From IMG/VR virus record IMGVR_UViG_3300037471_001733, positions 22,201 through 86,200 of that record: a stretch of DNA of 64,000 nucleotides. The stretch is one strand, 5' to 3'. The translations under genes and the position numbers were made by a program. The notes below the pieces were generated by a model that did not search any database, was not told the origin of the DNA, and saw nothing but the letters and a program-made list of their open reading frames with translations. Source of the DNA: a virus (taxonomy: Duplodnaviria > Heunggongvirae > Uroviricota > Caudoviricetes). This document shows positions 1-7,785 of the stretch, one piece after another. The first letter of the stretch is position 1, and every line of letters begins with the position of its first letter.

Positions 1-110
1 ACGCCGCCGGCAGGAACTGCCCACGACATGACAGGGAAAAGCACCTGCGCGGGGGCATCGCCGGCACCCTCAATGGATACAGGGCCGACAACAACGGCTT
101 GAAGGGTCAT
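1..110 (-). CDS. hypothetical virion-module protein, N-terminal fragment (continues beyond left edge)
   Basis: ATG at 110, 7 nt after upstream stop (TGAgcagccATG); open to position 1 (MTLQAVVVGPVSIEGAGD...). Confidence 0.3.
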   Translation of the reverse strand, partial: MTLQAVVVGPVSIEGAGDAPAQVLFPVMSWAVPAGG

Positions 111-116
111 GGCTGC

Positions 117-650
117 TCAGCTAATTGATGCGACCGTGCCGTCGCTGTTGTAGGTCCACGTCTGCAGCGTCACGCTGCCGCTCGTGACGGTGGAGACTTT
201 CTTTTTGCCGTTAACGGTGGTGTAGTTGACCGTGTAGGTCACGCCGTTGACGGTGTACGTCGCAACGGATTTGTCCGAGTTGTACGTATAGGTTGCGCCG
301 CTATTGATGATCCCCAGCAGCTTCAAATCGGCGGCATTGGTCGTCACCGAGAACCGCTTGGTGCCAGCTGAGAAATTGACCGGCAGCGTGGCGCTGCTAC
401 CGGACTGAGGCGATGTGCGCTCAAACGTATCGCCGCCGAGATACGTTCCCTCGCCGGTCTCCCACTGTCCGGTCGGCTGGTAGTTGGCATCCACGGCCTC
501 ATAGCGGTACGGGATGCGCGCGTTTACCGCAGCAACCGATTGCAGCGTGCGACGGCCCGGGAAAGGCGTCGTGGGGGACAGCGTGACGTTGCCAGTGCCG
601 GTACTTGTGCTCGTCTGAGCCACCGCGTCATGGAATTCCTTGATCGGCAT
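117..650 (-). CDS. hypothetical virion protein, possible fibre/receptor-binding protein (177 aa)
   Basis: Follows head-closure gene. N-terminal GTGNVTL...WETGEGTY segment recalls conserved fibre N-termini (memory only). C-terminal YTYNSD/WTYNSDG YD-like beta repeats. Confidence 0.45.
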   Translation of the reverse strand: MPIKEFHDAVAQTSTSTGTGNVTLSPTTPFPGRRTLQSVAAVNARIPYRYEAVDANYQPTGQWETGEGTYLGGDTFERTSPQSGSSATLPVNFSAGTKRFSVTTNAADLKLLGIINSGATYTYNSDKSVATYTVNGVTYTVNYTTVNGKKKVSTVTSGSVTLQTWTYNSDGTVASIS

Positions 651-654
651 GTGT

Positions 655-981
655 TCAGCTCTTCAGGTTCGTGTTCTCACAAGCCAGGTCGATGAACGCC
701 CTGTCGGAAGTCGGCATGACGGCGCGGATGTCGTAAGGCCTGCCGTCAATGAGCAATCGCATCCCGGCGTCAATACCGGTGCGATGTCGGATGCGCACGG
801 ACGCGCGCACCGTGGAGAGATCTGCGCCGCCCTTCACAGCCTCAAGGCCGTTGACGTGACGCACGTCAGCCCAAAGCCGCGCGATCTCGGTCCAATCGCC
901 GACGACCTCCTGGCCGAAGTCGTCCTTTCCGCTGGGACGCTGTTGCAACGTCACCCGGAAGTTGAAGGCGCCGGCACCCAT
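655..981 (-). CDS. head-closure / head-tail adaptor protein (SPP1 gp16 / HK97 gp7-like), 108 aa
   Basis: ATG 981 overlaps upstream stop (TAATG). FNFRVTLQQR...DDFGQ...VRIRHRTGI..GMRL.IDGRPYDI pattern typical of phage head-tail joining family; position after gp6-like gene. Confidence 0.75.
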   Translation of the reverse strand: MGAGAFNFRVTLQQRPSGKDDFGQEVVGDWTEIARLWADVRHVNGLEAVKGGADLSTVRASVRIRHRTGIDAGMRLLIDGRPYDIRAVMPTSDRAFIDLACENTNLKS

Positions 982-1550
982 TAGCCGTAGACCTTGAATG
1001 GTTCCAGCAGTCCGCACAGATACGGCAGCGCCGTCATCTGCTTGCCTGCAACAGCCTCACGGTTCGCATAGAAGGCGCCGACGTGCAGCAAGATCCACTG
1101 TCGAATGGACTGCGGCACATCTGCGGGGCTGGACCCGAAACCGGCGACGTAGCGCACGCGCACCGTGTTGATTTCGGCGCGCGTCGTCGGCCATGCCTTC
1201 TCGAAGGCTGGCACTAGGTATGCCGGCGACACGTCGTTGCTGTTGTCTAGAACGTAGTCCGCAGGGTCCAGCGTGGCTAGCACGCCGTCCTCATCCACGT
1301 ACTGCAGCGACTCGACGCCCAGCACCCTGGGCCACTCCAGGCGCAGCGCCTCGCCGAATGCGTCCGTCGTCATCTGCCACGTTGTGCTGATGAGCGTGCG
1401 CTGCATCTGGCCTTCGGCAAGTTGCCGAGCGGCGGTTATGAGGCCGCCTATCAGCAAGTCCTCTTCGTCGTGATCGACTCGAAGGTGCAGCTTTGCCTCT
1501 GCGACGCTCACCGGTTCGGTGGTCGCATCCACGAGCTTTACGGTTGACAT
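981..1550 (-). CDS. gp6-like head-tail connector protein
   Basis: N-terminus VSVAEAKLHLRVDHDEEDLLIGGLITAARQLAEG is the classic Phage_connect_1 signature. Confidence 0.8.
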   Translation of the reverse strand: MSTVKLVDATTEPVSVAEAKLHLRVDHDEEDLLIGGLITAARQLAEGQMQRTLISTTWQMTTDAFGEALRLEWPRVLGVESLQYVDEDGVLATLDPADYVLDNSNDVSPAYLVPAFEKAWPTTRAEINTVRVRYVAGFGSSPADVPQSIRQWILLHVGAFYANREAVAGKQMTALPYLCGLLEPFKVYG

Positions 1551-1553
1551 GCG

Positions 1554-3239
1554 CTACCTTCTTGGACGCTTCGTGTCGTTCAGACGTGGCGCGAAGCCGC
1601 TGCCGCTCGGAGCGCGGCGATATACCTGCGTCGTGTAGACATAAGCCGACAGTGCCGACTGCTGCGTCGCAGCACGCACTACCACTGCACTCAGAGGCGC
1701 CGAGGCAGAGGCTGCATTGACCACGACGGCCGTGACCGGAACGCTGGCGTTCTGAGCAACCTGCACGATCGTGCTCAGGTCTATCGACGTGCTCACGGGG
1801 TGGCTGGCGTCGATGTAGGCGCTCAGGCCAGAAACAGCCTCTGGCTGGCTCAGAACCCCGACACTGAGACCCGCGCTGCGGGTCATGGTGTCAAGCACCG
1901 CAGCACTGACATCAGCAGCCGCCGTGACGCTGACGGCCTCCATGACCATCAGCGACAAGCCGGCCTGCGTCGACTGTGCCGCCGCGATCACGACGTCAAG
2001 CGCCGTCTCCACCGCCTGCTCAACACTCAGTGCCGCACTCAGCGCGGCCTCGACGGCTTGGGTGACCGATACAGGAACTGACAGCTCTGCCTGGAGCAGC
2101 ATCGGCACGTTGATGCAGACATCCAGCGCTGCCGACGTGACCGGCTGATCAAGAACCGCTACCGAGACCTCGGCAAAAGCTTCAACGGGCGTTTCAATCG
2201 CCGCCGACATCTCCACCGTCAACTCGGGGATGGAGTGGATCTGCAGCGACAGATCGGCCGCTAGGGTGTTGCTGAAGAGCACACCGACGCTGAAGGGGAA
2301 ACTTACCTCCGCGTTGGACACCCGGCTGAAAACCGGCATGCCAACCTGCTCGTGCGCGTAAGTCGCCGCCCAGCCGATGTCGGCCGACCAGGCCAGCGGC
2401 AGCCCTTCGTCATAGAACGGGGTGCCAGGCGTCTGCGGCGGCACCGCACCGAGGCCGCCGAGTTCCAGCACTGCGAGACTGCGGAAGCCGGCGTCCTGTC
2501 GGATGTAGACGCTCAGCCCAGTGTTGGCTGAACGCGCCTCCAGCACTGCTGCGGACAACAGCACCTCTGCCGAGCGCGGCTCGTACACGCTGACCGACAG
2601 CGCTGCATCCAGCGAGGCGCTGCGCTGGTTGAACGCCGGCTGCACACCAAGGGGCTGGTATGCATAGATCGCCGACCAGCCGATGTCCGAGGCCCACGCT
2701 TGCGGAAGGCCCTCATCGTTGGCCGGAACCCGCGGCGTCTGCGGCGGCGCTGCTGAGATGCCGCCGGCTTCAAGTAGCGCCAGGCCGCGGAAACCGCTGG
2801 CCGTGGTGACGATCTGCGCGCTCAGTTCGGCGCTGTTCGTGCGCGCGGCCTGCACCGGCGCCGACAGCGGCGCCGACACAGAGCCGGCCTGCTGGACCGC
2901 TACGGACAGCGCCGCATCAGCCTTGGAGACCGGGACGCTGATTGCGCTAAGGCCGCCAGCCTCCAGCAACGCCAGGCCACGGAAACCGCCTTGCCGAATG
3001 TAGACGCTCAGCGGCGCGCTGAGGGTCACGCCCGTGCGCGGCGCGCTGATGCCGCCCAGCTCCAACAGCGCAACACTGCGCCAGCCGCCGTCCAGACGTA
3101 CCAGCGCGCTCAGCGGCGCGCTGGCCGTGGGCTTTGTGCTGACGGCTACCGAGAGCCCAGCCGAGGTGGTGCGCCCGGGGCCGAGCGCACTGACGCCACC
3201 CAGCTCTGGTAGCGCCAGCGAGCGAAAACCGCCCGCCAC
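1554..3239 (-). CDS. 561-aa Ala/Ser/Val/Leu-rich internally repetitive protein of unknown function (virion module)
   Basis: GTG start. Five copies of GGFR(S/G)LALLE(L/A)GG(I/L/V)SA, two ~100-aa tandem units (PPQTP..DEGLP.AW..DIGW), basic C-terminal tail RLNDTKRPRR. Confidence 0.6.
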   Translation of the reverse strand: MAGGFRSLALPELGGVSALGPGRTTSAGLSVAVSTKPTASAPLSALVRLDGGWRSVALLELGGISAPRTGVTLSAPLSVYIRQGGFRGLALLEAGGLSAISVPVSKADAALSVAVQQAGSVSAPLSAPVQAARTNSAELSAQIVTTASGFRGLALLEAGGISAAPPQTPRVPANDEGLPQAWASDIGWSAIYAYQPLGVQPAFNQRSASLDAALSVSVYEPRSAEVLLSAAVLEARSANTGLSVYIRQDAGFRSLAVLELGGLGAVPPQTPGTPFYDEGLPLAWSADIGWAATYAHEQVGMPVFSRVSNAEVSFPFSVGVLFSNTLAADLSLQIHSIPELTVEMSAAIETPVEAFAEVSVAVLDQPVTSAALDVCINVPMLLQAELSVPVSVTQAVEAALSAALSVEQAVETALDVVIAAAQSTQAGLSLMVMEAVSVTAAADVSAAVLDTMTRSAGLSVGVLSQPEAVSGLSAYIDASHPVSTSIDLSTIVQVAQNASVPVTAVVVNAASASAPLSAVVVRAATQQSALSAYVYTTQVYRRAPSGSGFAPRLNDTKRPRR

Positions 3240-3250
3240 AGTGGGCTACC

Positions 3251-3727
3251 TCAGGCGGCGCCGACGATGGGCACGGCCGCCGCGTCGGTGGTCAACGTCT
3301 GGGTGTACTGAGTCGTGGAGCCATCGGTCTTCTTGACCGTCAGCGTCGCGCCGGAAATGCTGAAGTCAGCGCGCAGGCCGGTGGTCTCAAGCCACTCGGT
3401 GCCTCCCACCAAGCTCTCGTACACGTTCGACGGAACGACCATGTAGTCATGCCACACGGGCAGCGCACCGGTTTCGTTCACTGCCACGCGCAAGCGGCCG
3501 AGAGTACCGGTGTCGGTGGCATTGATGGCCACGCTGTAGTAGCCGTTCTCCATGTGCGTTGCGGTAGTCGTTTCCGACTTTTGCGCGAAGGCTGCGGCGT
3601 TCTTGGACAGGCGGATCTTTGCTTGAGTCAGCGACAGAGCAGTCTCGGCCGTGAAACCATCGGTGCTGTCAACAAACGGACCGAGCACCAGCGTGGCGGC
3701 CGTGGATTGCTTGAGAAGAGTGCTCAT
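3251..3727 (-). CDS. hypothetical protein (158 aa), virion module
   Basis: ORF with ATGA overlap to upstream gene (3724/3727); protein-like composition; no motif recognised. Confidence 0.6.
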   Translation of the reverse strand: MSTLLKQSTAATLVLGPFVDSTDGFTAETALSLTQAKIRLSKNAAAFAQKSETTTATHMENGYYSVAINATDTGTLGRLRVAVNETGALPVWHDYMVVPSNVYESLVGGTEWLETTGLRADFSISGATLTVKKTDGSTTQYTQTLTTDAAAVPIVGAA

Positions 3728-4455
3728 TGCGCGGACCTCAGTCGGAATTGATGCATGGAACGAGGGGCCTGTGACTGGCTGCTGCCGGAGCCGAGAACTT
3801 CGATGGCGGCCAGCGTCCAGGTCTGTGAAGCGGGGGCCGTCATGCCAATCGCGTAGGTGCCAGTGGCGCCTGAATCGGCGTGGTAGCCGTGGTACACGCA
3901 GTACTCGTTGGCCAGTGTGTCGTTGTTCTGCGCAACGGCAGCAGTGCGCTGCGTGAACGTCCCGGCATTGCTGCGGTATGTCTGCGATGTCAACGCAGTG
4001 GCCGCACGGTCGCCGATGAACATCACCGCCGCCGAGTTGGCCCCGGTGGTCGTCAAGTTGACGGACGGAGCCGTGCCGGTACCGGAGCCAGAGACAACGG
4101 CACCGACGCCGCCAGCACTGCGGAACTGGTACGCCGTCGCGCCGAACACGATGCCATCGTCTCCTTCAGTGCCAGCGCCGCGCGAGACCGAGATCGTCAC
4201 GGACGCTGCCGTGGACGCAGTGGCGGTCCAGATGTAGAGCTCAGCGTGCGACGAGTCGACCGCGACGTCCGCGCGTTGCGTGTACGTGTTCGTCGCGCTG
4301 TCGCTAACGACTAGGCCGTCAATGTGCGATTTCAGGGTGCCAATGACGACGATCAGGTCGCCAACCTGCGTCGTGAGCGACATGGTCAGCGCGCTGCCGA
4401 AGGCCTGGGCCCATGTGCTCGTGTTTACGCTGGTGACAAAGGTTGGTGCTGCCAT
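3724..4455 (-). CDS. hypothetical protein (243 aa), Thr/Ser/Ala/Gly-rich beta-type, virion module
   Basis: ORF packed 3 nt after the beta-helix gene; no motif recognised. Confidence 0.6.
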   Translation of the reverse strand: MAAPTFVTSVNTSTWAQAFGSALTMSLTTQVGDLIVVIGTLKSHIDGLVVSDSATNTYTQRADVAVDSSHAELYIWTATASTAASVTISVSRGAGTEGDDGIVFGATAYQFRSAGGVGAVVSGSGTGTAPSVNLTTTGANSAAVMFIGDRAATALTSQTYRSNAGTFTQRTAAVAQNNDTLANEYCVYHGYHADSGATGTYAIGMTAPASQTWTLAAIEVLGSGSSQSQAPRSMHQFRLRSAQ

Positions 4456-4457
4456 GG

Positions 4458-5933
4458 TCAGGTTCTCTGGTAAGCGCCGCGGGTCCAGTTGCCAGCCACG
4501 CGCGGGACGCCATCCATGTCGATGTCGTACGGCGCCGCCAAGTCGATGCCGGCCGCAAAGCTGGCGGTGCTGGCGATGTGGTAATCGGCGCCGGCGTAGT
4601 TCTTGAAGATGGACGTCGGCACGCTGAAAATTGCGTTCGTTCCGGAGCCGCTGTAACTCGTGTTCGAAAACGCGTTATGCGACACCACTGAACCGCTTCC
4701 GGCCGTGATGGAGCCGCCGCTACCGATCCAGAGGTTGTTGCGCACGGTGTTGCCGCTGCCGTCCGGGAACTGGATGCCGGCGTTTCCTTCGAGGCCGCGG
4801 ATGAACGTGTTGTTGACGATCACGCAGCCAGTGCCGTTGCCGCCGTTGGTCGGGTTGCCCAGGAAGCCGATGGCGGCATCGCCGACATAGAACGTGTCGA
4901 AGACATTGCCGTACACGAAGATCGCGGGCTTGCGGCTCTGCGAGCGGTTGACGGCCACGGCGATGAGCGCGGTGCCGCCGAGCCCAGACTGGTAGCTGTT
5001 GCGCCAGACGTTGTGCCGAATGACGGTGTCGAACACCGAGAAATACACGTTGACGATTTCGCCGTGGTGCGTGCCGTTGCTCCACGCGTTCTCGCAGGCG
5101 TTGTATTCGATCACGCAGCCATCGGTCTGACGGATGAAGAAGACGTTGCTGCTGCGGTTTATGTAGTTGCGACTGAAGACGATTCCCGTACCCTGAATGT
5201 CGTTCGAGTCTGTATCGAACGTGTACGGCCGGTAGTTGCTGTCGGTCTGCGGGCCAATGCCGTAGCAGTAGCAGCGCGTGATGGTGACGTTGTTGACGGC
5301 TGTGCCGCCGAAGCGGATGTTCTGGCCGCGGGCGTTGCCGCCGGGGCCGGTGGTCGTTCCGTTGCCGCCGGACGTCGAGTGGTCGATGCGGATGCCGTAG
5401 CTGTCGCCGTCGAACCAGTTCAACTCGTTGCGCGTGCCGCCGTCAATGATCCAGTTGCTCGTGTTGATGGTGATCGGTTCGAGCTGGCTGGTGAAGTACG
5501 CCTGGCCGGTGCCGAAGGAATCTGACCAGCCCTGGTTGGTGCCGTGATCCGAGATAGTGGCCTTCTTGATCGTGATGTAGAGCGATCCGTTCGTGGCCGT
5601 GCTCAGCGTGCGCGTGGTGTAGGTACCAGACTTCAGGTAGTACGTGAATCCGCGCTGAAAATTGACTGTGCTCCAGGGCGCCACGTTGTTCCAGTCATCC
5701 CCGGATTGGTCACCAGAGGGCAGCGGACCAACGTACTTGGCATTCGTCGGCGCCTGCGCCTGCTGATCGATCTGCATTGACAGGCCGGCAGATAGAAGCC
5801 GCTGGTACCGCAATGCGAGGGAAAGCGGGCCCGACGCAATGGCGGACGCCGGCTGCGCAAACGACTCCGATGGTCGCTTGCGCTGCGGTCGCCCCATGCC
5901 GGCGCGCACTGCAATGGGCCTGCTGTACGCCAT
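4458..5933 (-). CDS. right-handed parallel beta-helix repeat protein (pectate-lyase/tailspike-like fold), 491 aa
   Basis: Repeated PbH1-like turns: NNVTITRCYCYGIG, GIVFSRNYINRSSNVFFIR, CVIEYNACEN, TVIRHNVWRNS, CVIVNNTFIRG, NTVRNNLWIGSGG, SVVSHNAFSN. Confidence 0.65.
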   Translation of the reverse strand: MAYSRPIAVRAGMGRPQRKRPSESFAQPASAIASGPLSLALRYQRLLSAGLSMQIDQQAQAPTNAKYVGPLPSGDQSGDDWNNVAPWSTVNFQRGFTYYLKSGTYTTRTLSTATNGSLYITIKKATISDHGTNQGWSDSFGTGQAYFTSQLEPITINTSNWIIDGGTRNELNWFDGDSYGIRIDHSTSGGNGTTTGPGGNARGQNIRFGGTAVNNVTITRCYCYGIGPQTDSNYRPYTFDTDSNDIQGTGIVFSRNYINRSSNVFFIRQTDGCVIEYNACENAWSNGTHHGEIVNVYFSVFDTVIRHNVWRNSYQSGLGGTALIAVAVNRSQSRKPAIFVYGNVFDTFYVGDAAIGFLGNPTNGGNGTGCVIVNNTFIRGLEGNAGIQFPDGSGNTVRNNLWIGSGGSITAGSGSVVSHNAFSNTSYSGSGTNAIFSVPTSIFKNYAGADYHIASTASFAAGIDLAAPYDIDMDGVPRVAGNWTRGAYQRT

Positions 5934-5936
5934 GAC

Positions 5937-6380
5937 TCAGCCGTCGATCTCTTCGATCGCCAGGTTGATCGTCACGTTGCCCGTGCCGCTGGCACTGCGG
6001 ATGCTGACCTGGCCGCTGACAGGCACCGGGAACTCCCAGCCGGGCGCGGCGACGTACTTGTCGATGCCGCCGTTGGCGTTGGGGCCCATGCGCCACAGGA
6101 TTGCGCCGTCCAGCGTCGGGGCTGCGGCCCAGGTCGTATAGACGCTGAAGGACGCCGCTGCGCTGGACGGGTTCAGCTTGCTGGGCGTGATCGCGCCGCC
6201 GGGCGTCGTGCCTCCGGAACTGCGCTGCACCAGGATTTCGTTGACGGCCGATGCCGTGTCCATCCCTTTGATGTCGATGACGGTGATGCGCAACGGCTTG
6301 GTGGAACTGGCGACGATGGTGAGCAGGTCGGCCGTCGTGCTGAGCGTGGTGCGGGCACGCGAAACTGAGAAGAGAGGCAT
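5937..6380 (-). CDS. hypothetical protein (147 aa), virion module
   Basis: ORF, tight spacing to neighbours; no motif recognised. Confidence 0.55.
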   Translation of the reverse strand: MPLFSVSRARTTLSTTADLLTIVASSTKPLRITVIDIKGMDTASAVNEILVQRSSGGTTPGGAITPSKLNPSSAAASFSVYTTWAAAPTLDGAILWRMGPNANGGIDKYVAAPGWEFPVPVSGQVSIRSASGTGNVTINLAIEEIDG

Positions 6381-6398
6381 TGCAGGTTCTCCAGAAGA

Positions 6399-6650
6399 TC
6401 AGGGCTGCAGGTCCTGGCGAGACACCACGACCGCCCCGCTTGCGCTATCCACGTAGACACGCACGCCGGCCAGTTCGACCACGACCCACTCGACGTTCGA
6501 CTGAGCCTCCGTCCCGACATCCCTGATGCCGCGGCGGCGGAAGATCGCGCCTTCGGTGTCATGGAGCGCGACACGGACGGAGCCGTTGGACGCTGCGCGC
6601 ATGCCGCTCTGTGCGTCTGCGTCGATTTCGAAGGGGATGGGCTGGGTCAT
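6399..6650 (-). CDS. hypothetical protein (83 aa), virion module
   Basis: ORF starting 14 nt downstream of terminator 6664-6690; no motif recognised. Confidence 0.5.
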   Translation of the reverse strand: MTQPIPFEIDADAQSGMRAASNGSVRVALHDTEGAIFRRRGIRDVGTEAQSNVEWVVVELAGVRVYVDSASGAVVVSRQDLQP

Positions 6651-6663
6651 GAGGTGTTGGCGC

Positions 6664-6690
6664 GAAAAAGCCGCCTCGTGGGCGGCTTGT
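6664..6690 (-). terminator. rho-independent terminator after the 162-aa gene
   Basis: AAGCCGCC(6668-6675)/GGCGGCTT(6681-6688) stem, 5-nt loop, T-run on minus strand (complement of aaaaa 6665-6669). Confidence 0.7.
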
Positions 6691-6727
6691 TAGGTGATCC
6701 GTATCTGAGAGCGCTATTAGTTGCGCC

Positions 6728-7216
6728 TCAGACTTCATCCCAGGAAAAGTAGACGCTGTCACCTTGCGCGAGGCCGCCCGTCGCAGTCGACTGCACTTCG
6801 CACATCAGGACCAAGTGGTCGCCCTTTTCGCCAGTGCTCGTGTACGGGCCGGCGCCAAGACTCAGCGCGGAGCCGGACGTGTAGCCAAAGAAGTTGTTGT
6901 AGCCGGTGGTAGCCGTGGCCTCGGCCGGCGTGGCGTAGGTGGTCACGGCCTTTGCCCACAGCAGAACACCGGTGCCCAGGCTGTTGGTGCCGTCGGAGTA
7001 CGCCTTGATGCCGGTGATCTGCGAGTACGTGCCGCCGGTCACCTCCAGGCGCAACCACTTCTCATACGAGAAATCGCTGCCGCTGGTCGGCTTGACCATC
7101 GGGTTGTTCAGATCGACGGCGCTGTTGTCCGCATTTTTGAACCGGATGCCACTGGCCGCGTCCGTCGCGGTTGCACCGGCCCCATTTTTTTGCACGATGC
7201 GAGTCGTTGCGGCCAT
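6728..7216 (-). CDS. hypothetical protein (162 aa), candidate abundant capsid-accessory protein
   Basis: Strong RBS (GAGGAGGccacATG), own terminators on both sides, directly downstream of capsid region; no motif recognised. Confidence 0.55.
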   Translation of the reverse strand: MAATTRIVQKNGAGATATDAASGIRFKNADNSAVDLNNPMVKPTSGSDFSYEKWLRLEVTGGTYSQITGIKAYSDGTNSLGTGVLLWAKAVTTYATPAEATATTGYNNFFGYTSGSALSLGAGPYTSTGEKGDHLVLMCEVQSTATGGLAQGDSVYFSWDEV

Positions 7217-7227
7217 GTGGCCTCCTC

Positions 7228-7256
7228 AAAAAGAAAAGCCGCCCGAAGGCGGCTTG
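7228..7256 (-). terminator. rho-independent terminator after the 145-aa gene
   Basis: AGCCGCC(7237-7243)/GGCGGCT(7248-7254) stem, cgaa loop, T-rich tail on minus strand. Confidence 0.7.
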
Positions 7257-7276
7257 ATGGTTGCAAGTGAAGCGGC

Positions 7277-7714
7277 TTAGGCCGGCGTGCTAGCCGGGTG
7301 GCCCTTGATCACGTTCACGGCGATGGGCGTGCCAGCGCCGTGGGTGCCGCTGAAATCAGCGGTGACCTTCAGGTAACGGCGTTCGCCGATGTAGGCCACC
7401 TTGGCGACGGTGGCCGCAGCGTGAGCAGCGGTCAGCGAGCGCACGATGCCGCCGGTGCCCACGCTGGAGTCAGCGTTGGTCAGAAGGCGCACGTCATCAC
7501 TGGTCACGGCGGTGTACGTGGTGTCGTCCTTCGAGTGAGTCAGCAGGAACTCGATCTTGTTGGACGTGGTGAACGTGATGCCGCCGACGCCGACACCGAT
7601 GGAGACAACGGCGCTGTCGAAGCCCTTGAGATCAATGGCAGAGGAGGTCGTGTCGCTGGACAGCGTGGCGTTGAGCGCCGGCACGATGGAGATGTTGTTA
7701 GCGAGGTCTCGCAT
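7277..7714 (-). CDS. hypothetical protein (145 aa), candidate capsid decoration/cement protein
   Basis: First gene after major capsid gene, flanked by terminators; beta-rich sequence (AIDLKGFDSAVVSIGVGVGGITF...); function inferred from position only. Confidence 0.5.
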   Translation of the reverse strand: MRDLANNISIVPALNATLSSDTTSSAIDLKGFDSAVVSIGVGVGGITFTTSNKIEFLLTHSKDDTTYTAVTSDDVRLLTNADSSVGTGGIVRSLTAAHAAATVAKVAYIGERRYLKVTADFSGTHGAGTPIAVNVIKGHPASTPA

Positions 7715-7736
7715 GACAATTCCTTTGGAAGCCTGG

Positions 7737-7770
7737 GTGAAGAAAGGCCTGTCAGTGCAGGCCTTTTTCA
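7737..7770 (-). terminator. bidirectional stem-loop terminator after major capsid gene
   Basis: AAAGGCCTG(7743-7751)/CAGGCCTTT(7758-7766), 6-nt loop, T-rich runs on both strands. Confidence 0.7.
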
Positions 7771-7785
7771 GTGGTCAGTCGTGGA

